From Nostoc sp. (GTDB lineage Bacteria; Cyanobacteriota; Cyanobacteriia; Cyanobacteriales; Nostocaceae): DNA of 64,000 nt. The notes beneath the pieces were generated by a model that searched no databases, was not told the DNA's origin, and was given only the letters and a program-made list of their open reading frames with translations. The stretch is from assembly GCA_036918135.1 (NCBI GenBank), contig JBALDB010000001.1, positions 128,001 through 192,000 on the forward strand, in the 5' to 3' direction. Below, one piece after another: positions 20,579-29,312 of the stretch. The number at the start of each line of letters is the position of its first letter. Position 1 is the stretch's first letter. The position numbers were made by a program, and so were the translations under genes.

Positions 20579-21706
20579 ATGTTAAAACAACAAGGTAAAT
20601 ATAAGATGAATAACTCTACAGGTTGTCACCAATTCAAATCTATTGGTCGCTTATTGGTTGTGCTAGTAGCATTAGTATTTTTGGGGATGACATACTTGAC
20701 TTATCCCGCCACTGCTGCTACGAATAACGACAAAACTTCATCTGACAGAAGCTCAGCTTTAGTGTCTCTAGTTCCATCTTCAAAGACAACATCTATATTC
20801 AATCCAGCAAAAGTTTATTTGGGCATTACACCGACGGGTTGGAGCAATAGTGACGATACTACTATCGATCTCGATCCTCCCATCCGTTTTGAGCAGATTA
20901 TGAGTGAAATGGCACTATCTGGCTTTAAAGGTTCGCAAACCTCACCGAAGTTTCCGCAAGATATTGATGTTTTGAAAAGAGAGTTAAAACTTCGTAAATT
21001 GACTATTTCTGAACCTTGGGTGGGCACTGAATTTACTTTAGGAAAGAATGATAAAAGCTTGGCAGAATTCAACAAACAGTTGCAATTCATGAAGCAAATC
21101 GGCGGCAGCAAAAGTATTGTGGTAGCCGAATTGGGTGGTGCTGTTCATCAAAAGCCAGTTGCTCCTTTGCCTAATAGACCAAAGTTTACTGACAAGCAAT
21201 GGCAGGATCTGGCTGCTGGATTGAATAAACTTGGCTCAATAGCAAAAGAGCAAGGTATGCAAATCTCCTACCATCCCCATATTGGTACAGGAGTAGAAGA
21301 CTTGGCTGATATCGATCGCTTGATGTCAACTACCAATCCCAAATATGTCAATTTGTTACTCGATACTGGTCATTTGTACTATGCAGGAGTCGATCCTTTG
21401 GAAGTGACAAAGAAATATAGCGATCGCATCAAGCACGTTCACCTAAAAAACGTTCGCCAGCCTGTTTTAGATGAGTCTATTAAAAATGGTTGGGACTTTT
21501 TATATTCGATCAAACAAGGTATCTTTACTGTTCCTGGAGACACTAAAGAAGGCGCAATTGATTTTAAGCCGATTTTAAGTGAGCTTGCTAAAACCAATTA
21601 TGAAGGATGGCTTGTAGTAGAAGCAGAACAAGATCCTAACAAAACAAATCCTTTGAACAACGCGATTCTCGCTCGTAGTTACCTACATGATGTGACAGGT
21701 TTATAA
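20579..21706 (+). CDS. Myo-inosose-2 dehydratase (IolE)-like TIM barrel with signal peptide
   Basis: GITPTGWSNSD, YHPHIGT, LLDTGH, HVHLKNVR, FTVPGD, GWLVVEAEQDP; hydrophobic leader ending PATA. Start may be ATG 20606. Confidence 0.88.
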   Translation: MLKQQGKYKMNNSTGCHQFKSIGRLLVVLVALVFLGMTYLTYPATAATNNDKTSSDRSSALVSLVPSSKTTSIFNPAKVYLGITPTGWSNSDDTTIDLDPPIRFEQIMSEMALSGFKGSQTSPKFPQDIDVLKRELKLRKLTISEPWVGTEFTLGKNDKSLAEFNKQLQFMKQIGGSKSIVVAELGGAVHQKPVAPLPNRPKFTDKQWQDLAAGLNKLGSIAKEQGMQISYHPHIGTGVEDLADIDRLMSTTNPKYVNLLLDTGHLYYAGVDPLEVTKKYSDRIKHVHLKNVRQPVLDESIKNGWDFLYSIKQGIFTVPGDTKEGAIDFKPILSELAKTNYEGWLVVEAEQDPNKTNPLNNAILARSYLHDVTGL

Positions 21707-21831
21707 GCTATTTCAGCAAGTATCAGTAGGTCAAAAGTTGGAAATTTATATTTTTTAAATTTTAACTTGACCTACCTACTGATGATTTTTTCATGAATAA
21801 AAGCTAGAGAAACAATTAATAGAGTATAGCA

Positions 21832-22221
21832 ATGAGATTGAGCGATAAAGAAAAGATTAGAACTATTTTTGAAGAAGTATATGCCGCTAATGTTAAATCT
21901 GAAAATTTGTCTAGTTACAGCGAGATGTATACAGAAGATGCTCTTTGGATGGCGCCAGGAGTCGCTGACCGACTTGGGATTAGTGACATTGTTGAAGGAT
22001 TTAGTCAGCAGATTGCTAACAACAGCATCGATCCAATTTTTACTGCCGAAGAAATTGAAGTTATGGGTGATTTTGGTTACGTTATAGGAATGTCTATTGC
22101 CACAGTTTCCCCAAAAGATGGAAGTCCATCGAAACAGGTGAAATTTCGGGCATTATGGTTGATGAAAAAAGAGCATCATACCTGGAAAATTAGTCGTCAA
22201 ATTTGGAATAATAAACCTTGA
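21832..22221 (+). CDS. SnoaL/NTF2-like (DUF4440-type) protein
   Basis: 129 aa, YTEDALWMAPG, EIEVMGDFGY, WKISRQIWN. Confidence 0.82.
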   Translation: MRLSDKEKIRTIFEEVYAANVKSENLSSYSEMYTEDALWMAPGVADRLGISDIVEGFSQQIANNSIDPIFTAEEIEVMGDFGYVIGMSIATVSPKDGSPSKQVKFRALWLMKKEHHTWKISRQIWNNKP

Positions 22222-22368
22222 TAAAATTAAGGTTTACTTCAGTAGTTTACGAGCAACAAATACTGATTTTAGTTCAAGACTTATAAGTAAGAAAATGTAT
22301 TGAACTTATCAAATCAGTTTCAATTTCATAATTTTTGAATTTAACTAGCAATCTACCCCAATTTTAAT

Positions 22369-23376
22369 ATGAGCAACTCATCATCTTTGTCTGATATTTA
22401 CCTTAGCTTCTTCATGTTTACTACTGATTTGAAACCTGGTGATTTAGAATATCGGCAAACAGTTTTAAAACATATAAAAGAACTTCAAAATTTTGGTTAC
22501 AACGGCTTTGAATTTCCTATTGCGTTTAACGAAAATAAAAATTACAAAAAAGATGTTGAAGATTATACGAATTTACGAGCTACTCTGGACTCACAAGGGT
22601 TTAAAAATGTAAAAATTAGTACTAATGTTGGGGCTACGCGTACCTTCGATCTCAGTTCTCCCTACCCCGAACAAAGACAAGCAGCACTAGAGTATCTCAA
22701 GTCAAGGATTGACATCACAGCTGCACTCAGGGGTGAAATTATGATGGGGCCGATTGTTATTCCTTATGGTGTTTTTCCAACTACTGACTTCAATGTTCCA
22801 ATTTGGAGTGATGAGCTTCAGGAGCATTTAGCAATTCGCTATCGCAATGCTCAGATAATATTTAATCAGTTGGGTCAACATGCAGAGCAACGAAATGTTA
22901 AATTAGCAATTGAACCAATTACTCATTGGGAAACCCCAGGCCCTAACAAATTATCACAATTAATTGAGTTTTTGGATGGAGTTAATAGTAAACAAGTAGG
23001 AGTAGTGATTGATAGCGCTCACGAAACTCTTGATGGCGATGGCCCTGAGATATTCAGAGAACAAGTGACGTATCTTGCCAAACAAAAAAGACTTCATTAC
23101 GTACAAGTCTCTCCTCCCAATCGCGGGGCACTTCATACCAGTTGGCTTCCCTGGCAATCCTTTTTAGAACCAATTTTAGAGGTCTATGATGGCCCGATCG
23201 CTGTAGAAATTTTTAATGCCATTCCTGCTTTTCTTAACTCACTTCGTTTGACTCGACGTAAATTTTGGATTCCTGGAGAAGATACTCCAAATAAATATCC
23301 AAGTGCCTATGATATTGCCAATGAAGCTATCAAAGCTACTCGAACACAATTGGATAAAATCGGGTATTCATGTTAA
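22369..23376 (+). CDS. Sugar isomerase/epimerase TIM barrel (D-psicose/D-tagatose 3-epimerase-like)
   Basis: Metal-ligand pattern AIEPITHWE, IDSAHE, NRG, VEIF. Confidence 0.82.
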   Translation: MSNSSSLSDIYLSFFMFTTDLKPGDLEYRQTVLKHIKELQNFGYNGFEFPIAFNENKNYKKDVEDYTNLRATLDSQGFKNVKISTNVGATRTFDLSSPYPEQRQAALEYLKSRIDITAALRGEIMMGPIVIPYGVFPTTDFNVPIWSDELQEHLAIRYRNAQIIFNQLGQHAEQRNVKLAIEPITHWETPGPNKLSQLIEFLDGVNSKQVGVVIDSAHETLDGDGPEIFREQVTYLAKQKRLHYVQVSPPNRGALHTSWLPWQSFLEPILEVYDGPIAVEIFNAIPAFLNSLRLTRRKFWIPGEDTPNKYPSAYDIANEAIKATRTQLDKIGYSC

Positions 23377-23514
23377 GTATTTATCCAAAATATATTAGAT
23401 GAATTTGATTTTTTCCCTTTTTATTGCCATGAATAGGGAATATAAGGGATGAAAGAAAATATTTTTCATCTAATGTGTAATTCATTTCGTATAGGCACTT
23501 AATATTTCTCGATT

Positions 23515-25482
23515 ATGATGCTAGTTAACAAAAATCGGATGGTTTCAGTTTTTCTGGCTTTTCTCGTGGCTGTAGCTATTAGTATCTGTGGCTGGGAAGA
23601 GGCGATCGCCCAGCCAATAGTCGGTCTCAAAGAAGAAATGGGCGCGTGGGAAACCATTCCTTTGTCAGCTAAAGAAAATCTGATGCAATCTGTCCATACT
23701 TTACTCCTTCCCAATGGCAAAGTATTGAGCCTCAATGGTAGTAGTTTTCGCAACACTGTAGTTATTAACAAAGGAGAACCCAGTTTTATAGAAGGAGTTA
23801 ATGTCACAGATTATGATGTCATCAACAATACTGCCCTTTTAGATCCTGAAACTGGAAAATTCGAGCGTATTGCTTCGCCACCAGCTCAGCAATATGGAGA
23901 AATCAACGATTTATTTTGCTCCGGTCATTTACAACTAGTCGATGGTAATGTTCTTTTTATCGGTGGTACTGGACGATACTACCCTGGAGGAGCCTTTACA
24001 GGGTCTAGACAGGTCAACCTTTATGATTGGAAAACAGGTAAGTGGTCTAGTGTCGGACAACTCAAAGAAGGACGTTGGTATCCCAGTTTAATATCCCTAG
24101 CTGATGGGAAAATAGTCATTTTTTCTGGTCTAAAATATGAAGCTCCCAATCAAATTAATCCGAGTCTAGAAATTTACGATCCCAAAACCCAAAAACTCCA
24201 GTATATCGACTTGACAAACGTCAAGAACAGTCCCTTCAACACCAAACTCACAGATGTTAATGCTTACGATACTATAGACCTCTATCCTCGCGTTTTCCCA
24301 ACTGCTGATGGCAAACTTTTGATCACTGGAGATGACGCTGGAATTGGTGGGGTCTTGGTGACACAGTCGAGTAAAAAAAGCTATTTAATGTCTGTCCATG
24401 AAGACGCAGACGGTCAATTATCCGTCAGTTTTGAAGTAGCAGCCGACCGCGGAGAGCCATCTAAAGCTTATGGAACCGCCGTGCAAGTTCCTAATTCTGA
24501 AGATGTTTTATTACTCGGAGGTATCATCGGTACCAACGACATTAACTATGGCCGAGGAGGTAATACAGCAGGTTTTCCAAACTGGTCGAGGGTTTCTACT
24601 AGCCTCCAGCGTTGGACATCTCCCCGTAAGAGTGCAGAAAACAATGGCAAGTGGGAAATTGTCAACAACTTTCTTAATAAACCAAGAGCTAACCTGCAAG
24701 CAGTGATTTTGCCCAATCAAGAACTATTAGTAGTCAATGGCGGTGAGTATCCAGAATACAAGCCAGTCTATGAACCTTTGCTAATGACTCCTGATTCCAG
24801 AGCTTTTGGCGGATATATTACTAAACTGATGAATCCTGCTAAATTGCCCAGACTTTATCATAATGGAGCAATTTTGTTACCAGATGCTCGTGTTTTAATT
24901 ATTGGCGGAAATGCTAATCGAACGGCACGCGAAAAAGATGGCACACTTCACGTTAATATCCAGCGAGAACCCCTAAAATATTATTATAAATTTCCCGAAC
25001 TGACAGACAAATTAGGTCAGGAGAAAAAAGAATTCAGTCTTGAAGAATATTACCAATCTCCTCAAAGTTATTTTATTAAAGAATACCTTAATAAAGGAGA
25101 CAAAGAACCTTTCGTTCCTTCTGAAATTTGGCAGGCAGAGATTTTCAGTCCGCCCTATCTGTTTAAGCCAGGTACTCGTCCTGAAATAGTCACAGCTCCT
25201 GAAAGCCTCAACTATGGTAAATCTAGCAGCATCTCAGTCAAAGATGCCACAAAAACGGGTTCTGTGGTTCTTGTTAAGTTGGGTTCAGTTACTCATTCTT
25301 TGGATTATGGGCAACGATTAGCTGATTTACCCATTGAAAATATTGATTTCAAGAATGAGTCTGCAATCAAATTTAAAGCTCCAAAAAATGCCAATCTTTA
25401 CCCACCAGGCTACTACATGATGTTCTACCTCAATGAATTAGGTAAGCCTTCTCACGCCAAAATGGTAAAGCTGGAAGCTTAA
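23515..25482 (+). CDS. Secreted copper radical oxidase (AA5, galactose/glyoxal oxidase family) with C-terminal Ig-like domain
   Basis: Signal peptide; LFCSGH (Cys), RWYPS (Tyr), RLYHN (Tyr-His), VTHS (His); EIFSPPYLF and PPGYYMMF. Confidence 0.9.
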   Translation: MMLVNKNRMVSVFLAFLVAVAISICGWEEAIAQPIVGLKEEMGAWETIPLSAKENLMQSVHTLLLPNGKVLSLNGSSFRNTVVINKGEPSFIEGVNVTDYDVINNTALLDPETGKFERIASPPAQQYGEINDLFCSGHLQLVDGNVLFIGGTGRYYPGGAFTGSRQVNLYDWKTGKWSSVGQLKEGRWYPSLISLADGKIVIFSGLKYEAPNQINPSLEIYDPKTQKLQYIDLTNVKNSPFNTKLTDVNAYDTIDLYPRVFPTADGKLLITGDDAGIGGVLVTQSSKKSYLMSVHEDADGQLSVSFEVAADRGEPSKAYGTAVQVPNSEDVLLLGGIIGTNDINYGRGGNTAGFPNWSRVSTSLQRWTSPRKSAENNGKWEIVNNFLNKPRANLQAVILPNQELLVVNGGEYPEYKPVYEPLLMTPDSRAFGGYITKLMNPAKLPRLYHNGAILLPDARVLIIGGNANRTAREKDGTLHVNIQREPLKYYYKFPELTDKLGQEKKEFSLEEYYQSPQSYFIKEYLNKGDKEPFVPSEIWQAEIFSPPYLFKPGTRPEIVTAPESLNYGKSSSISVKDATKTGSVVLVKLGSVTHSLDYGQRLADLPIENIDFKNESAIKFKAPKNANLYPPGYYMMFYLNELGKPSHAKMVKLEA

Positions 25483-25551
25483 GAAGGCTCATCAAATATC
25501 AAAAAGAAGGTTTTTCCTATCAAAAAAATACATTTTGTAATTAGTTAAGCA

Positions 25552-26985
25552 ATGGCACTAACAGAAGAAGATTTAAAAACCATACCCGAAGATGGCATCG
25601 ATCCAGAAAATCCCGGTAAATACCAAACTTTGCTTAAAGATTTACAGGGAAATATTCTCAATGGGCATGGACGAGACCATGTCGTACATCTGTTTTTACA
25701 ATTTAAATCTGGTCAAGTAAATGCAGTCAAACGATGGATTCAAAACTTTGCCCAAAAATACGTTAAATCTGCTGAGCAGCAGTCAGATGAAGCACGCGAG
25801 TATCGAACTAAAAAGATATCAGGTAGTATATTTGCTAATTTGTATTTATCTTGTCAAGGTTATGAATATCTGCAAATAGATCCGTGGAAAATACCCGCAG
25901 ATCAACCATTTAGATTAGGTATGCAAAATGGTGATATCCAGAGCTTCTTAAACGATCCACCACCGACAGATTGGGAACCAGGATTTCAACAGAAACCAGA
26001 TGCCTTACTACTTATAGCAGATGATGACTTAACAGACTTACTCAAAGCAGTTAATGAGATTTGTTCAGAATTGTCTGGACTATCCAAAATACTTCATAGA
26101 GAAGATGGTTTTATTCTCAGAAATGCTCAAAAACAAATTGTAGAACATTTTGGTTATGTCGATGGTGTTAGTCAACCTCTATTTCTGAAACGAAATATTG
26201 CTAGCGCCCTAACTAGTAACTCTGACTTCAGCAAATGGGATCCTCGCGCTCCCCTAAGTCTGATTTTAGTTAAAGATCCCAACGGTAAGACTGAAGATAG
26301 CTACGGCAGTTATTTAGTTTGTCGCAAACTTGAACAAGATGTCCAAAAATTCCAGGAAGATGTGGGGAAATTGGCTGACAAGTTAGGAATTAGTAAAACT
26401 TTAGCCGGAGCTTTGGTTGTGGGACGGTTTGAAGATGGAACTCCCCTAACTCTCTCAAATATACCGAGTCAAGGTACGACATCAATTAATTACGAATACT
26501 TTAATAACTTTAATTACGATTTGGATACACAAGCAACAAGGTGTCCGTTCCATACTCACATCCGCAAAGTTAATCCCAGAGGCGATACAGGTAGAGTAGA
26601 GTCTTCCCCAGGTTTTGACGAAGCTTTAAAGGTGGAAAGAAAGCATCGTATTGCTCGTCGTTCTGTGAGTTTTGGAGAACAAGATTGCACTAAAAAGCCG
26701 ACAACAGGCTCAGGATTGCTGTTTCTTTGTTTTCAAGCAGATATTGAAAATCAATTCAATTTCATCCAAACTAGATGGGCAAATCCTAAGAACTTTGTTC
26801 AAGTCAACGCTGGCCCAGATCCGCTGATTGGTCAACCACAGGGAACTCAGAAATGGCCGAAAAAATGGGGTGGATCGGAAACTGAAGAATATCAGTTTCA
26901 ACTGCCAGTAAAAATGAAGGGTGGGGAATATTTTTTTGCACCTAGCCTGAGTTTTCTTAAAAATTTGGCAAGAACTAAATCGTAG
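25552..26985 (+). CDS. Dye-decolorizing (DyP-type) heme peroxidase
   Basis: LQGNIL, HFGYVDGVSQP (GxxDG), CPFHTHIRKVNPR, RIARR, GGEYFFAPS. Confidence 0.93.
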   Translation: MALTEEDLKTIPEDGIDPENPGKYQTLLKDLQGNILNGHGRDHVVHLFLQFKSGQVNAVKRWIQNFAQKYVKSAEQQSDEAREYRTKKISGSIFANLYLSCQGYEYLQIDPWKIPADQPFRLGMQNGDIQSFLNDPPPTDWEPGFQQKPDALLLIADDDLTDLLKAVNEICSELSGLSKILHREDGFILRNAQKQIVEHFGYVDGVSQPLFLKRNIASALTSNSDFSKWDPRAPLSLILVKDPNGKTEDSYGSYLVCRKLEQDVQKFQEDVGKLADKLGISKTLAGALVVGRFEDGTPLTLSNIPSQGTTSINYEYFNNFNYDLDTQATRCPFHTHIRKVNPRGDTGRVESSPGFDEALKVERKHRIARRSVSFGEQDCTKKPTTGSGLLFLCFQADIENQFNFIQTRWANPKNFVQVNAGPDPLIGQPQGTQKWPKKWGGSETEEYQFQLPVKMKGGEYFFAPSLSFLKNLARTKS

Positions 26986-27237
26986 GTTATTGAACAGTTT
27001 AGTTAAACTTATTTGACTGCTCGATCGCCCCCTATAGTAATCGTATTTGAGTTGATGAAATTACTAGTAGAGTAAGAATTCAGCCACTTTTGTAATAAGC
27101 AGCAGATTGGTTTTACCAATGATTTAGGTATTGCCAAAAATTCAAAATCTCTTACCAGCTATTTATACTTGGAGTTAACAATGGTATTAATGTAAAAATA
27201 AAAATCAAGAATCTTGATGACATGATTAGGTACATCT

Positions 27238-29229
27238 ATGAGCATCAACTTTGGACGTGAAATTTGTGGAAATCTTGATGCAGCAGAGTCGCGTGAATGG
27301 TTAGTAACCAATGGTCGCGGCAGCTATGCTTCAGGTACAGTAGCAGGTTTATCAACACGGGGTTATCACGGTTTGCTTGTGGCTGCACTCCAACCACCGT
27401 TGCAGCGAACCTTACTATTAGCAAAGCTAGATGAAACGGTAGAGTATGAAGGCAGCTCTTATCCACTGTTTGTCAATCGTTGGTCAAATGGCACAGTCGA
27501 TCCTCAAGGTTACCGCCATATCGAAAGCTTTTATTTAGAAGGAACAATACCTGTATGGAACTTTGCTTGTGGAGGTGCATTATTAGAGAAACGCATCTGG
27601 ATGGAGCCTGGAGCCGATACCACATATATTCATTACTACTTGCGACGGGCAAAGCGATCGCTTAAGTTATCAATCAAAGCATTTGTTAATTACCGCGATT
27701 ATCACAGCAGAACCCATGCTCAAGAATCGCCTGCCAAGGATTGGCGAGTGAATGTGACTGCAATTGAGCATGGAGTGGATATCACAGTATTTCCGGAAGC
27801 GCAACCTTTGTACTTGTTGACAGATAGCGGTAATGCTTCGCCCAATAACGAGTGGTACTACGGATTTGAACTCGCAGCCGAAAAGGAACGCGGACTCAAC
27901 GATATAGACGATCTTCTTCACGCAGCAACATTTGAGGCCACACTGGAGCCTGGAAGCTCCTTTACTTTTATCGCTAGTACGCAGCAAAATCCTAATTTAA
28001 ACGGTGCAGCAGGCTTAGACTTACGTCACCAGTACGAGCAAAAGCTGACAGCAGACTGGCAAGTTAAACGTTCGCCACAAGCGCCTCAAGCTCCCGATTG
28101 GGTGCAGCAACTTGTGCTTGCTGCCGATCAGTTTATTGTTGAACGGCAAGGTGGAAAAACCATCATCGCTGGTTACCACTGGTTTACTGATTGGGGTCGT
28201 GACACCATGATTAGTCTACCCGGTCTGACGCTTGCCACTAATCGTCCCGAAATTGCAGACTCTATTCTTCGCACCTTTGGCGAATATATCAATAAAGGAA
28301 TGTTGCCCAATCGTTTTCCTGATGATAATCAGCCACCCACAGAAGATTACTACAATACGGTTGATGCGACACTATGGTATTTTGAAGCCATTCGCCTTTA
28401 CTATGCTACAACTGGGGATGACAAGCTATTAAAAGACTTATTTCCCAAACTAACAGAGATTATCGAATTTCACCATCAAGGAACGCGCTACAATATTCGC
28501 CTCGATCCTAGTGATGGGTTGCTTTATGCAGGGCAAACAGGAGTGCAGCTTACCTGGATGGATGCCAAAGTCGGAGATTGGGTAGTTACTCCTCGCATTG
28601 GCAAGCCTATAGAAGTAAATGCCCTTTGGTATAACGCTTTGCGAACAATGTCCCAGTTCGCCCAAAAGTTAGGAGAACCTAACAAAGACTACGATGCAAT
28701 GGCTGATGCCACGCAAAAAGGTTTTAATCGTTTCTGGAATGATGCCAAGGGATACTGTTTTGATATTTTAGACGGCCCAAATGGTAACGAAGCCTCTTTG
28801 CGACCAAATCAAATCTTCGCCGTATCCTTGCCAGAAAGTCCGCTTACTCCCGAACAACAACGGCAAGTAGTAGAAGCGTGCGAGCGATCGCTTCTAACTT
28901 CTCACGGATTGCGTAGTCTTGCAACTGACGATCCGCAGTATATCGGTCACTACGGTGGAGATCAATTTCATCGTGACGGTGCCTATCACCAAGGAACAGT
29001 TTGGGAATGGTTAATTGGGCCGTTTGTCTTAGCTCACTTGCGTGTGTTCAACAACCCATCTCTTGCTCGCCAATTTCTAGAACCGATGCAGCATCACCTC
29101 TATACCGCCGGACTTGGAACTATTAGTGAAATATCAAATGGTGATGCACCAATGGAACCTAAAGGTTGTATTGCTCAAGCTTGGTCAGTTGGAGAAGTAC
29201 TCCGCGCTTGGCTAGCTACAGAGAAATAA
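27238..29229 (+). CDS. Amylo-alpha-1,6-glucosidase (GH133-type glycogen debranching enzyme)
   Basis: EWLVTNGRGSYASGT, IAGYHWFTDWGRDTMISLPGL, TWMDAK, LRPNQ, AYHQGTVW, AQAWSV. Confidence 0.93.
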   Translation: MSINFGREICGNLDAAESREWLVTNGRGSYASGTVAGLSTRGYHGLLVAALQPPLQRTLLLAKLDETVEYEGSSYPLFVNRWSNGTVDPQGYRHIESFYLEGTIPVWNFACGGALLEKRIWMEPGADTTYIHYYLRRAKRSLKLSIKAFVNYRDYHSRTHAQESPAKDWRVNVTAIEHGVDITVFPEAQPLYLLTDSGNASPNNEWYYGFELAAEKERGLNDIDDLLHAATFEATLEPGSSFTFIASTQQNPNLNGAAGLDLRHQYEQKLTADWQVKRSPQAPQAPDWVQQLVLAADQFIVERQGGKTIIAGYHWFTDWGRDTMISLPGLTLATNRPEIADSILRTFGEYINKGMLPNRFPDDNQPPTEDYYNTVDATLWYFEAIRLYYATTGDDKLLKDLFPKLTEIIEFHHQGTRYNIRLDPSDGLLYAGQTGVQLTWMDAKVGDWVVTPRIGKPIEVNALWYNALRTMSQFAQKLGEPNKDYDAMADATQKGFNRFWNDAKGYCFDILDGPNGNEASLRPNQIFAVSLPESPLTPEQQRQVVEACERSLLTSHGLRSLATDDPQYIGHYGGDQFHRDGAYHQGTVWEWLIGPFVLAHLRVFNNPSLARQFLEPMQHHLYTAGLGTISEISNGDAPMEPKGCIAQAWSVGEVLRAWLATEK

Positions 29230-29312
29230 TATTAGGTTCGTTTGAAAGTTAATAGCAGTCATTAGCTATTAACTATTGCAAATTAATCAAAGGTCATACA
29301 AGGAAACGAAAA

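Noticed and set aside
20579..23376. Standard myo-inositol catabolic operon
   Set aside because: No iolG, iolD, iolB, iolC or transporter, and the IolE-like protein has an export leader.
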